Source: Vezdaea acicularis
Taxonomy: Eukaryota
Assembly (NCBI GenBank): GCA_026025075.1
Contig: JAPEUI010000017.1
Span: forward strand, 1 to 64,000
Length of the DNA stretch: 64,000 nt
Direction: 5' to 3'
The notes beneath the pieces are model-generated. The model saw only the letters and a list, made by a program, of their open reading frames with translations. It did not search any database and was not told the DNA's origin. A program made the translations under genes and the position numbers. Below, piece after piece: positions 13,421 to 26,328 of this stretch. Each line of letters starts with the position of its first letter. The stretch's first letter is position 1.

Positions 13421-14370
13421 ATGGCTTCAAACACAAAGTACCAGCCAGCGCCTCAGCGAGACTCCCTAGACGAGACTTCCAACTACACCCAAGCCCCACC
13501 AGCTTACCATGACGAGGCCACCAGCAGCACTAATGACGCATTACTCGGTGCTCCTCGCACGAGTGACGACAATGTCCCTGATGACTTTAAGGTATGCTAA
13601 GTGACCGCTCACCCTGTGCCTTCCAGGTACATGGCTAACTTAGTCAGTTTGGCGGTTCCGTTGCTGAAGCTACGATCGATATCCGCATGCAGTTCGTAAG
13701 GAAGGTCTACGCTATATTGACCGTACAACTGCTTGCAACAGCTATCCTCAGCTCCGTATCCTTCTTTAGCAAGAACTACAAACACTGGATACAGTCAAAT
13801 CAATGGCTGATGTGGGTATCTTTGTTCGGCGCGATCGGCTTCATGGTAAGTTTTGTGACAGTCCCAGACAGCGAAAGTTTCCGAAGCTAAGTCCGCATCT
13901 AGCTTTTGACATTCTGGAAGCGGAAGTCTTACCCCACGAATCTGGTCTTTCTTACTGGCTTCACGGCGCTGGAAGCCTATTCGATCTCGGTCATCGTGTC
14001 GTTTTACCAATCACGCATCGTCCTCGAGGCTTTGATCTTGACGCTTGGCATCTTCGTGGCGCTCACGCTGTTTGCCTGCCAGACAAAGTACGACTTCACG
14101 TCATGGATGCCATATCTCTTTGGGGGACTGTGGGGCTTAATCCTGTTCGGCTTCATGGCTGCATTCTTCCCGTATAACAGTACGGTGGAGCTGCTCTACT
14201 CGGGACTTGCAGCTGTCATATTCAGCGGGTACATCTTGGTTGACACTCAATTGATCATGAGGCACTACCACGTTGAAGAGGAGATTGCTGCCGCCATCTC
14301 GCTTTACCTCGACATCATCAACCTCTTCCTGGCCATCCTACGGATTCTGAACAGCCAGCAGAATAACTAA
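13421..14370 (+). CDS. BXI1: Bax inhibitor-1/TMBIM (Lifeguard) family protein; 3 exons
   Basis: IRMQFVRKVYAILTVQL and DTQLIM...EEEIAAAISLYLDIINLFL motifs; introns about 13592-13647 and 13846-13901. Confidence 0.93.
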
Positions 14371-15168
14371 AATAACCGCATCAAGGTCATCAACCACGAG
14401 GTAGGCCACGGCCTAAAAAGGACTATATAGCTACGGCACAGATTGATGTTATTCGGGATTCAGGCGTTCTTCTCATGTTAGTCTTGGAGTAGGAGCGTGC
14501 CTAATGGAGGAGGTCTGCATTATTGAATAATTCTCTTTTAATCTTGTTACAGAAATTTGAAGTGCAGGCTGGTTTTAAGCTTCAGTATCAAAACAATACC
14601 ATACATCAGGCCCAGTGAACCATCAAACTGCCCCGTCTCAAAATGCGATGATTTGGGTGCTCGCCTTGTGCGTCACATCTCTATACTGATTGGCCCATTT
14701 CTGAAACTTTATTCAGTCGCTTAAATTTACGTTCCCACATGAGGAATTGTGAAAAAGGAATTCCTCCCCACGCCAGAGTCAACTGTATACTCGAAGCCAA
14801 CGACGTTGGCAAACCCTATGTCGCGAATAAGCTAGAAAGGACAGATAGAGTCGCATCTGTCGAAATCCCAATCAAGGCAATTAATTGGTGAAAACGTAGC
14901 GCTAGAATTAGGGTATCCCGGTTGTTGCATCGGGAACCCCCTTTGATCGTGCTTCTCACCGCCTTGGCAAGGCCACCTCCCACATTCGTTCACTTCCGGA
15001 GCGGAGCAATTGACGGTTTACGAACACATACTATTCCAGACCTTGAGAACATAGATGATACCAATGACCGGATAAGCCTGTTTTATGATATACCCACGCT
15101 TGTCGTAGCTCATCCCTTCGAGGTCGTTTTCCGGTACCTCGCTACCGTTCTTTCACGGGCTCGTCGAG

Positions 15169-16809
15169 ATGGCGGCGGCCTCTACAGCAACGTGCGTTCC
15201 TTCGGGGGCGCTGAGGGGGCGAGGCCATCCCCAGGAGCCTGTCGGTGTTGATGCTCATGAAGGGGCTGTCTCTTCCTCGAGTCATGCGAATGGCGGTGTG
15301 ATCACTGCGAGTGAGAAACGCACAGTCAACAGGAAGGCGAAGCGGAAAGATGATAGCTTCATGGGGTTGTTATGCGAGTGGATTGTAGAGCATCAGATTG
15401 GTCGGTTCAATGCTATCGAATGTTGTTGATACCATGCTAATTGACCTAGGCATCTCAACCAATCTTCTGATTCTGTTAACATTAGCACACGGGTTCATTC
15501 CTCGCGCGAGACAGCATACGAGGAAGTTCTTCGAGCTCTGCTACTACAACCCAGACACTGGCAAGTATGGACGCGGCTTCGACGATGTCTATATGTTCCT
15601 ATATTGGCTTGTTATCTTCACCGGGCTACGGGCGGGCGTTATGGATTTCATTCTCATACCATTTGCGGAGTGGGCGGGTCTCAAGAGGAAGAAGACCCAG
15701 ATTAGATTCGCCGAGCAGGCTTGGCAATTTCTTTACTACCTAGTCTTTTGGACATTGGGAATGGTATGTAGCAGGACAGGACACCGTTCGCATCGAAGTA
15801 CTGACGATATCTGAAAGTATATAATGTACAACTCGGACTACTGGCTCAACCTTGAGGAGGTGTGGACGGACTTCCCTACCAGAGAAATTGATGGCCTCTT
15901 CAAGTGGTATTATCTGGTCCAATTCTCTTTCTGCTTCCAACAGATCGTCGTTTTGAACATCGAGGCGAGAAGGAAAGATTATCACCAGATGTTCACCCAC
16001 CACATCGTCACCTGCTCTCTTATCCTAGGGAGCTATGCGTACTACCAAACGAAGGTGGGCAACGTGATCCTGTGTATCATGGATATTGTAGATCTCTTCC
16101 TACCAGTAAGCCACCCATAGCGCTGAGCCATGTGGCCCAAGAGTAACGCGAGCTTGTTTAGGTGGCAAAGATGCTGAATTATCTCAAAATGAGCATGGCC
16201 TGCGACATCGTCTTTGGCATATTCATGGTGACGTGGTTTATTGCCCGCCATGTACTCTATCTTTTCGTCTGTCGGTCCATCTACGATACCGTCCCCAGCT
16301 TTATGGGCTACGGCTGTTACTCGAGCGTAACAGGCGCCCCGACCGCAAGTGACCCGGCTCTTGCCAACAAAATCCTCACCAACATCTTCCAGCCCTTTCT
16401 CCGCCCAGAGGGAACGGTCTGCTTCAATTCCGCCATCCGCTTCACCTTCCTCGGCATTCTTCTCGCACTACAAGTCATCACGCTGATCTGGTTCGGCATG
16501 ATCATCCGGTTGGCCTACCGAGTCATCACTGGCGTTCATGTCGACGACGTGCGGAGTGACGATGAGGAAGAGGAAGAACTCATCGAAGATCACGAAGAGG
16601 CGACTCTGCTGTACAACGAGAAGGCCATCCTCCTCACGCCGCATCACCTCGAGGAAGAAGTCGGGGTTGATGCCATGAACCTCAAAGGCCGCGGGGGGAC
16701 GGCGAAACGGCCACGGAAAAGCCCGACCAGTGCCAGCGCTGTCAGCCTTCCGGGTCACAGCGATCGAAAAGAGCTACTAGGGCGCATTGGGTGCGATAAG
16801 ACGACCTGA
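15169..16809 (+). CDS. LAG1: TLC-domain ceramide synthase (Lag1/BarA type); 4 exons
   Basis: Lag1 motif RRKDYHQMFTHHIVT...MDIVDLFLP|VAKML, RFAEQAW, DDVRSDDE; three short introns. Start codon is approximate. Confidence 0.92.
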
Positions 16810-17423
16810 GCGAGGGGTGGTTGCGGGTGTCCTGAGCGCGCTCGTGCGCGCGCGTCGGATAATGCACGCTCGAGCTGGTGTGCTAGTCTGATCTGGACCA
16901 GTGGAGTGGAAAAGGGACAGACAGACGGGCTCGGCGATCTCCCACGTCACTAGGTGATTGCTCATGTCTTGTGTTGCTAGTGCTATATATCTATTTGCTT
17001 GCCGTCGTCATCGTCGCAAGACCGACGCACGGCGCTGCCTCTAAATTTCTGTCCTTTTTTTCTTTTTTTTTCTCTTTTCCTCCTTTATACGGCTCTTGTC
17101 GCCTCTGTGGGTGGTGGTGCTGCTGCTGCTGCCATTGGCATTTGGCATTGGCATTGTTTGCTCTCTATAGTTCGTTCCATTTCCACACCTTACCTGACAC
17201 GGCATCTCTACACGGCCGCTTCTTCCGCTCTTCCGCTTTCGCTTGCTTTTCCCTCTCTCTTCCACACACGGATTGTGAAATTCCTTTGGTCGTTTCGCAC
17301 ACGCTACCCTCTAGCAGCGAAAGGCGCGCGCCTTTGCCTTTGCCTTTCCCTCCCTTTCTCATGCGCACTCCATGCAGCTTGTCCTTGGCGCCCTTGTCGT
17401 CCATGCGGTCCGTTCATTCGTCC

Positions 17424-17462
17424 CGTTCGTTCGTTCGTTCGTTCGTTCGTGCGTTCGTTCGT
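17424..17462. repeat. (TTCG)n microsatellite
   Basis: Tandem tetranucleotide with one interruption. Confidence 0.85.
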
Positions 17463-17602
17463 TGCCTCCACTCCTCCCCCGGTCCACCAAAACAAGCCCG
17501 CACAAGAATACACTGGCGCCACGTTTCCCTCCCCTCCCCCATCCGCTCCTGCCCCGCCCTTGCTCTTTCCTTCTCCTCTTTCCTCCTCCCGCCGCCATCG
17601 TC

Positions 17603-17626
17603 GAAGAAGAAGAAGAAGAAGAAGAA
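17603..17626. repeat. (GAA)8 microsatellite
   Basis: Perfect trinucleotide run. Confidence 0.9.
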
Positions 17627-17904
17627 GCAATCTTCCCGGCGGCTCCCGCTACCCCGATCACGGTAGCCGCCTAGCCTAGCTCTACCCGTCCCGCCGCACC
17701 GGGTCTCTCCTCATCCGCCCGCTACGGAATGGGACTAGGCCGCTTCTGGGCTTACGGCGAGGGGGTACGCTAGCCCCCCTGGCGGCCCGATGGTGGGACG
17801 CGCTGGTGTTAGGCATGCTGGTTCTGCGCTTCTGCTAGATGGGTGCGTGTTTGCACTTCTCCCCCGCCTTCATGATTCTCCAACTCTTCTATGAATACAG
17901 AGCG

Positions 17905-17934
17905 AGCAAGCAAGCAAGCAAGCAAGCAAGCAAG
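17905..17934. repeat. (GCAA)n microsatellite
   Basis: About 7 tandem copies. Confidence 0.9.
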
Positions 17935-19088
17935 AACTAGCGCTCCACACCCCTCCCATCCCACCCCGCCCCAGCCAGCCAGCAACTTTATCAGCTACAG
18001 TATCAGCAACCGCGAACCCACACCTCCCCTCTCCAGCTCCAGCCAGGCCACATAGCAGGCGTGCGTCCATCCATCACGTCCGTGCGTCTGTTCGTCCACG
18101 GTAAGACCGTACGCTCTCGACACTGGTACCACGGGGCTCGGGTTACTGATCAAGCGCTTGGTGCGGGCGTGTGTGGATGGGGAGTTGCTGAGGTGGGGGG
18201 TTTGGGGTTTCGTGGTTGCCTTGCCTTGCCTTGTCTGGTCTTGGCTTCCCTGGTTCTGCAGATCGAGATCGAGATGCGAGATGCGACATACGACAGGCGA
18301 GACGCGTGGAAAGCTGAGTTGGGATATGGAAGAAGCATGTGATTACCATCTGGCAAGGGAGCCAGCTCCGCGGGCGCGGTGAATAGCGCATGTGGAAGTG
18401 GGGTTGCTCGTGTTGACTGGAGAGGGGAGGGAGGGGTGGAGGGAGGACTGCGGTTCCAAAAGGGGAAGGACACGTTTTGTGCTACGCGGCCTTGTGTGAG
18501 GGGGTTGTGGGGAGAGTGGGCTTTGGGCTTTTGAGGTCTGGGTTTGGTTTGGGTGTGGGGTGGGTTGGCTTGCGAAGAAGAAAGAGGAAGACGGGGGGTG
18601 CGGGAGCTATTCGAAGGGAGAGCTTAGAGGTTTGATGTTACAGCGGGATTAGCCTTGGAAGGTCGGGATCGCTCGGGGGAAGACGAGCCTTGGGTAGCCT
18701 CAGTTCACGGCTGCAGGAGGGAGGCTGAAAAGGCGAATGAGAAGGTTTGAAAAGAGAGTTTTGGCGCAAGCTTACGGTTTCGGGGGTTAAGATGGGTCAA
18801 GCAGAGAGGGAAAGAAGACGCGAAGCTAAGCAATCCGAGTGAAGGGGGAGGGGCGTCAAATAAGAGTCACATTTATTCTAACAGGCTCCACGCATATTCC
18901 CATTCCTCGTACCTGATTAGTGGAAAGGGAAAGAAAATTCCAGTCGCTTTTTTTTCCTGTACGTGGCCGTGGCCTGTTCGAACCCAGATCCGTTCAAGCG
19001 CCAGAGCTAAAAAAGTCCGTCGAGAAAAGTGCAAGTGCTGTACGTCTAATTTCTCGCATGTATCGTATACCCTACAAACAGTCACATT

Positions 19089-20084
19089 TTAGATCTCGAT
19101 TGCTTTTTCGGTTCCTGGAAGGGTGCCATCCTTCTCGACCGTCCCTGCTGATCCACTGACATGGGCCTCCTCAGGTATGGTAGGAGTCCTCTCCACCTCC
19201 GCTGAACTGTTCACGGTCAAAGTAGAGCTTCCTCGACTTCTGACTGTTCCCCTCTCGACGTCTCCCGGCGTAGCTGCACCTTCGCTCTCCAGCTGTTCCA
19301 CGCTCTTCCCCATTGCCTTTGCCAGCCTCCTGATCTTCCTTGTTCGATAAAGCCACACGCCATGTGAAAAGAAGAGCCCCATCTCGAGAATTATAACGAG
19401 TAGATAAAGAGTGCCGCCAAGGATGTCAAAGTGAGTTTGTGCGACAACGGCCATGAACGAAAAGAAAGCCCCAAGCCAGTCCATCGTCAAGAACACAAAG
19501 TTGATGCCGACGACGCGTCCTCGCCTCTTCGAGAGCTCAAAATACGGAGGGATGAGTCCGACGGCTAGGATGATTCCAGCTGCCACACCCACAATGGTAA
19601 CTGGATATTCCACTCCCCTTGCATAAGGTCCGCGTAGAGTGAAGACAAACAGAAGCTGGAAACCTGCAAAGCATACGACCATAGCTATCACCGCTACGAC
19701 GGCTTTCCACGTCGGCCATTTGTGCGAGTAGATGAGAACTTGAGCCCAGGTAATGAGACAAACGAAGCCGAAGATCTGGGGTTGAATCTGCAGCGGGAGA
19801 TTGAAGTTTTGAACAATATTATAGACCCCAAAGGGCGGAGCGCAAATGGCCCATAGGGTGAGCATGAGCAGTGGGAGCCCGGTGGTATCTTTGGTCCGGT
19901 AGTTCTGGATGATCTGAGGAACAAGCTGGATGCACCATAGCCTGCAATGGATTAGCTGGGGGACAGAGGGGGCCGGTTCGATGAGCAGTTGGCACAGATG
20001 AAGGGAGGTTCGAGTGCACGCTTACACGGTGCCGATGGTCCCGAGGACATTGGCCGAAGTGGGTATGCTTGTCTGCGGAGCCAT
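19089..20084 (-). CDS. PQ-loop repeat membrane protein (Ilt1/YDR090C-like); 2 exons
   Basis: MAPQTSIPTSANVLGTIGTV|LWCIQLVPQII...QIQPQIF; several TM segments; GTAAGC...GCTAAT...CAG intron near 20025-19943. Confidence 0.9.
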
Positions 20085-22417
20085 TGTGACGAAACGGTAG
20101 GAAACACTATGAAAACCCTAATAGGTAGACGGTAGACAGTTGGAAGGCAAACGGGGCGAATCTACGTGCAAGTGAAAACGACAGTGATGAAAAAGTGTGT
20201 GAATCTTTGCAGACTCCGATCTACGATGACGATGTGATTCCAAGGAAATAGCATGTGGGGCGATTTTATATCTGTCCCGGTCAACACAGAAATTTGGTCA
20301 GAAGGTGCTAGTATGGCCACGGCGGCGAGTTGTGGGCTATGATGCAGGAAGTGACAGCATCCGGTCTGGCCCACCCCATTCTTCGGTATATCGTCCGCCA
20401 CATTTGGGCCGTCCATGGTTGCACACATCGCATGAAGGGAGCGCGTTCAGACCCCTCGGCCATATCGAGGGAGGAAGGACGGTTATGAGAGGTGCGTGGC
20501 CGTGGCCTCACACGCGAAACGCGGAGCTTGCTGGTCGCATGGCCACCACGGCTTCGACTCCGAGCTCGATAGCGTCGGTGCTAACAAGACAAACGAGACC
20601 AGATGAGGCCAGACGAGTGACAAGGCCATATGTCTCTAAACTCTAAGTGCGCCCGCCATCGACGATCTAACGACGCGAGAGGGTTATGAATAACTCGCGG
20701 TTGAGTGCTGGTGGGTTGGGGCAGGTCGGCGCCGTTTCTTGCGGCGTCGAGACATATCGGCCCCTTCCGGTAAGGACGCTGGTCAACGGTGGAGAACGCG
20801 GCCAGCTCGTCTATCCGGGAAAAGGAAAAAAAGGAATTGAGTGGGCTTCGGCTCCGAAGCAACAAGACACCGCAGACCGGTGGGGTCACGCAATTGTCAT
20901 TCTCACTATTGATCATGGATGCTGGATGCGATGCTGAGACGCAGACAAATGGCCGGCGCGTGATTGGCTGAAGTCGAAGCATCTGCGCTTGCTCGACTCG
21001 GATTAGCGAGCGCGAGATCTTGGCCCCAGCGGCGGCCTGTGATGTCAACGACGGTGACTGCTGTTTGCGGACGGCAAGAGCGCATCAAGAAGAGAAAGAG
21101 CGTGCGGGCGACCTGTCACCTGCTGGGGTGTTGCCGATCGACGGGGCCGGGGCAAGGAGAGGAGGGGGGTGGCGCGCTTTCTCCGTGTCTTCAACGCTGT
21201 CGGCGAGGCAAAGGGAAAAAAGGTTGAGGTGGAGTCTGCGGCAGAAGCGTGTTTCTCGGACCGCGCGAGCAGTTCGTTATAGAGCACCACCGCACGGGCA
21301 GAACGCCACATGATGGAGGGTGCCTGTAGAGCCCTTGGAGCCCTGTAGCGCGTGTCTGGCGAGATCTGATCAGAGTTTCGGAGTCCGTGCGTCCTGCATT
21401 GCATTCTGCGCTTACTGCGGGGAGCCCTCGCAATTCCGTGTGACTGGATGCCTCCGTTGACATGTCCCCGTCCCTCGGCCAATCGTGGCCCCGACGCGGC
21501 TCCACGGACCGGCACGCCATCGTTCGCGGCAGGTTGGAGGCCGCAGAAACTTATCGACCGCTTTCCACAGCTTGAAGACCCCTTCACACTGCCTCTCCCT
21601 TTCCTTCTCTCTCTTCTCTCTCCTCTCTCTCTTTCCCTCATCTCACATGTGATGGGGAGATCGATCTGAGATCGGTCCCATCTTGATGCTGGCGCGGTAT
21701 TGAGAATACGCCCCGGCCAATCAATTGCGATATCAATCATATCACTGCAGCTTCCTCCACCCCACCGCAGCCGCTATGGATCTGCTCTCTCAGCCACATG
21801 TAACGCAGGGGAGCATGGTCATTGGTACGACTCGAAGTCGTAGTCAGGATCGGCATCCGGCCGGCTTGCCGTCTGTGGGCGGGATTCTTGTCCATCATCA
21901 GCCTAGCTCTCCGATAGTCTCACGTTCGGGCTATCGCGACTCCACTATCCACTCAGTGACCTTGCAATCCAATACTGATCTCCCGCCCTCATCATCGGTA
22001 TATGCATCGACACATATACAACTCTCCGCCTGTAAACATTCTAGGACAGCCGGGTCTCTTTTGCGTATGCCGAGGAGGGTGTCGTCTTTGCGGTGGCACC
22101 GTTACGAATTGTCGGAGTGGTCTCGGAGATATAACCTGGGGAGGCTGAAGGGCCGGGTACCCAATCACAGGCCTGCTCCCGCTTTGAAATGTGTCCCAAA
22201 GTGTGCTGCATGAACCCGTAAACCCGGCTTCGCTGTCGTGATATTACCGCCACGGAAGTCGATCGACGAGCCAATGATAGGGGCTGCACCAAGCCAACCT
22301 TCCGGCCTAGTCCCTCCCTAGATCTTTCATCATGTCTGCAGAATTGAGCGCTTGCAGACCAATGAGACGTAAGGGCTTCGACTAATATCAGATCTCCAGC
22401 CTGGCCTAGTGCACAAA

Positions 22418-23598
22418 CGAGGTGGTGGTCAAAATTGATGGCGCATAAGCGATCAATACGGCGTGTGAAGCCCTTTGCGATCAACGACTGCAATTATACG
22501 GTCGCACATGTTTGATATACATGCATTGATCTCTTCTTGTGTGATGCTGTCCCATTCTTCTTGAATAGCTTGGCGCAATTCCTGTGGAGAGGTGCATTTT
22601 CGTTTTTTCACTCGTTGCTTGAGTATACGCCATATGTTTTCAATAGGGCTGAGATCGGGAGATTGAGGAGGCCACGGCTGTAGAAGAGGTATCTGGTGAT
22701 CCATTTTCCATTGAAAATTCTCATTTTGATGTGTGAGAGTGCCATGAGAGGAGTCGTTGTCTTCTTGTAATATGTAGTCTTGATAATTCAAATTGCGTGC
22801 AGCATCCCACGCAGGCCCTACAAAACCCTCTAACACAAATTTCCGATAATCTTCTTGTGTGAACCCTCCTTTTTTGCCTGTACCCCCATAAAAAATAAGA
22901 GGAGTTTTGACATTCCAGCCCACTCCTCCCCAAACAGACCAAAGAGTCTTGCTGTGTGGCCGTCGGATCTGTACACAATCGTTGCAATATCTTTCCTGTG
23001 AATTTCGTATAACAAGCTCATTTTTCCGCTGATTCAATGCAAAATGAGCTTCATCTGTAAATAAAACCCGATGCCATTGCTCATCTGTCCAGTGTAAATG
23101 ATTTTTACCAAATTCTTCTCTTTTTTTCTGGTTATTTGGTGAAATGTATCCCTTTTGACATGCTTTACATTTGTGATATCCTTCAGCTGCAAATGCTCGC
23201 TTCAAAGTACTAACGCTAATATCCAATTTCCATTCTTCAATCAGGGAATTCCATGGTTTTATGCGTTGACTATAGTGCCCTTGCATTGAATTGATCATTT
23301 TATGAATTGTATCGCGATCTATCTTGTGTTTGCGGCCTCGTGTTGACCTCTTTGTACGAGGAGTGGGCATTTTGATCCAACGACGAACATTACTCTCAGC
23401 AGTCTCAAGATCATCTGCAATTTCGTAATTACTCTTCTTAGTATAAGCCTTCGAGTACTGTGCCTTTGCCCTCTTTGGAGTATCGTGCTCTGGGCCATGC
23501 CCACGGCCTTGCGGCGGAGTCCTTTGCCTTCGTGTTTGTGGCATTTGTGTTGGGCATAAATGTTCGCTTATGCGCCATCAATTTTGACCACCACCTCG
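22418..23598 (-). mobile_element. Tc1/mariner (IS630-Tc1) DNA transposon, 1181 bp, perfect 35-bp TIRs
   Basis: TIR CGAGGTGGTGGTCAAAATTGATGGCGCATAAGCGA at 22418-22452 and its exact reverse complement at 23564-23598; AAA on both flanks; visibly more AT-rich than neighbouring DNA. Confidence 0.96.
22453..23544 (-). CDS. Tc1-like DDE transposase, 363 aa, intact
   Basis: HTH-like N-terminus with a GRK motif, WHRVLFTDEAHF, LQEDNDSSH, WPPQSPDLSPIENIW. Confidence 0.95.
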   Translation of the reverse strand: MPQTRRQRTPPQGRGHGPEHDTPKRAKAQYSKAYTKKSNYEIADDLETAESNVRRWIKMPTPRTKRSTRGRKHKIDRDTIHKMINSMQGHYSQRIKPWNSLIEEWKLDISVSTLKRAFAAEGYHKCKACQKGYISPNNQKKREEFGKNHLHWTDEQWHRVLFTDEAHFALNQRKNELVIRNSQERYCNDCVQIRRPHSKTLWSVWGGVGWNVKTPLIFYGGTGKKGGFTQEDYRKFVLEGFVGPAWDAARNLNYQDYILQEDNDSSHGTLTHQNENFQWKMDHQIPLLQPWPPQSPDLSPIENIWRILKQRVKKRKCTSPQELRQAIQEEWDSITQEEINACISNMCDRIIAVVDRKGLHTPY

Positions 23599-23978
23599 AA
23601 AGTGTTTCAGGTGCACGACCGATATCCTGCGCTACAGCACTAAACTGGCGACATCCATCATTCTGATCAAGGCGTATCGAAGATGAGTTTGTAGTGTGAA
23701 GAACCATGGCTCTTCAATTCTAGATGAGACATAGCTTCGAGAAGGTGGACGCATATAATTTCAATTCATCGGCCAAAATTAGTCTGACGATTGAGGTTGG
23801 TGCTTCACACGCGTAAGGGTGAATCATCAAATAGAGAGAATGAAAGCTCGCCAGTTTACGCACCATGTTGCTTGCGTTTGGCTAAGCGATGCCTCATTCA
23901 GGCCAGAAAGATAAATCCCAACATTACTCACAAGATGGGTCAAGAGGTATTGAGGAATACAAAAAAAACGATAAATTT

Positions 23979-24050
23979 TGCGCTAACGGGGAGTCGAACC
24001 CCGACCTAGTGCTTGGAAGGCACCAATCCTAACCGTTAGACCATCAGCGC
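23979..24050 (-). tRNA. tRNA-Gly (anticodon TCC), no intron
   Basis: GCGCTGA/TTAGCGC acceptor stem, anticodon arm GGTGC-CTTCCAA-GCACT, T-loop GGTTCGACTCC; downstream T8 run (23961-23968) as Pol III terminator. Confidence 0.97.
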
Positions 24051-24412
24051 GTACAGTTATCGTCTCTTTGCCTTATTGCCGTATATATTTCAAGACACCT
24101 GAGCTCGTGAATTATGAAAGTTGGTTAAGCCCCCTTCAATAGATTTATGGACTAAACGCAAAGTATGAACGTGGCTATCTCTTCCAAAGTTTGGCATTCA
24201 ACCCTCCAAACTCGGCTATATCACAAAGGACTTAAAAAGGCCCCCTACCGCGAACATTTAGGTGCACTCGCACCTGCCACGACGTCGCGTACCTCTCACT
24301 ACACGCGATGCCGGGCTCGCTTCTAACCACCTTGAGTTCGCACGAAATTAACTATGTGGAACCCCAATAATGTAGAAGCGTCCTGAGAGCACCTTTACGA
24401 GTGCGTTTGATC

Positions 24413-26328
24413 ATGGCTAAAGCCGATAAGCGGGCGTCTGTCATGACGCATATATCTAAAGCCAGTGATATAGATGCGACAAAGAAAGACCTATGGTCCT
24501 CTATGCTCGATGGAGTAGCCAGCGGAAAGAGACTACCAGAGAAAAACGTACTGATATTAGGTGAGTTCTAGATCGATCACAATAGATTTCGACTAAGCTG
24601 AATTGCGTAGGTGGTGATGAAGAGTCACAGAAAGAATTCTTGGAGTCTTTGTCCAATGACAGTCAGGGCGGAAGGAAGCCCTTAGATCGACATGCAAGTA
24701 GGCCGCCTCCTGTCGCCAATCAATTTGCTCTCGGTTATACGTATCATGATGTTCTTGATGCCGATCACGAGGGTATAGTGCCGCCCAATCTATGTTTATG
24801 CCAATGCTCAAACTAAGCCAAGTGTCTAGACATACTAGCTCGCCTCTCCCTATACCTTCTTGCGGAGCCGTCCGCGGCCTTCATACCTCTCCTCCGTCCT
24901 CTCTTGACGCCACAAGCACTTCCAAACACACTGATAGTTATCTTACTCAACTGGGCACAACCGTGGTCCTGGGTAAGGCAGCTAAGGAGATGGATTCGTT
25001 TTTTACGAGCTCTTCTGGTTTCTCTTCCGAACGATTCGAAGCAGGTGATGGAAGAAACCATGTTGGACTGGCGGGACCGGGGCAGGGGCAGGGGCTCAAA
25101 TGACTTTGAAGGTGTATCTTCTGCAGGGACAGGCACAAGAGGAGAAGTCACTCTTCCTCTAGGTCCAGGCGAATGGGATGAGGCAATTGGGATACCTCTT
25201 TGCGTTGTCTGTCAGAATGTAAGTGCTCTGGTATTTGTATCGTATACTTCGGGGACTGATGCCGTTCTCAGGCCGAAAGAATAGACGTTTTAGAGAGAGA
25301 ACGGGGATGGAAGGAGGAAGAATTTGACTTCATCCTACAATTTCTCCGAACTATTTTACTAAAGCGTGCGTTGTTGTGCCTGCTTCTCCTTGTCCTGACA
25401 TGAGCTGATGCATGGCAGATGGCGCATCCTTGGTTTACACTTCAGCATCAGCTCCGGGCGCTCTCGCAACTCTTGTTCAGTCGTCCCTAGGCATCCGCTC
25501 CCTCTTAAAACGCCATCCATTAAAACACAACATTATCGATAGGGACAAGATTCTTATACCGTCAAACTGGGATTCTTGGGGGAAGATAAGAGTACTGAGA
25601 GAAGGATTTGACGTAGAGGGAGTCCATTCTGGTTGGTCTTCTGACATTGACGGCCCCCCCATACCAATCCGGAAAGTGCTCGGAGAGCGTGATGTCAACG
25701 GGAGCGAGCATGAGGAGGAAGGCGCAAGCAACAATGGATCTACATCTAATGCAAGTAGCGCGGTAACCATGTACGAAGAAACCATCATTCACCCTAAAAA
25801 AGATGTATCAGCGGCGCCCAGTATTAAGCTTAAGGATCCAGAGGCAATCGAAACAGAGAGTATGGACACTCAGGAGTTCCTCGCGAGTCAGCTCGAAGTC
25901 CTTGAACAGATCAGGGGGGAAGAAGACGTTATTGGTACGACGAAGAAAGGGAAGCCAAAGGCGTCTGAGAGTTTGCTCTCCTCATCTGAAGACGATGACA
26001 GAGATTCTGATGGTATCACTGGGGGCGAGGACATGGGAAGAGTCAATGAGCACATCGGACCGGTCCAATTTAATATGGGTGGCATTCAAGTTGATGCGGA
26101 TGACATGCTGAAGCGTATCAAAGTTTGTCGATCTACCCCAACCAATCAAGATTCCTTGCTAACATGAGAATGTAGGACCGGGAAGCAAATCGTACCCCTG
26201 ATAGAGAGCTTGTTACATCTTCAGTGGAGTCACCTCCGGGCAAGAGCCAGAACGAAGCCCTCGCAAGCTTCTTTGCTGGTTTGATCAAAAGAGGCAGTAA
26301 AGATAGCCCTAGGGCACCGACGTCGTAG
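24413..26328 (+). CDS. Cytoplasmic dynein light intermediate chain; 6 exons
   Basis: LWSSMLDGVASGKRLPEKNVLILG, NQFALGYTY, LIPSNWDSWGKIRVLREGFD, C-terminal NEALASFFAGL helix; five short introns. Confidence 0.93.

Noticed and set aside
22418..23598. Fanzor/TnpB cargo or guide RNA in the transposon
   Set aside because: The transposase fills the element from TIR to TIR; no RuvC ORF or space for one.
23599..23979. tRNA-targeted insertion of the transposon
   Set aside because: It lies about 380 bp downstream of the tRNA, is a single event, and Tc1 elements are not known to target Pol III genes.
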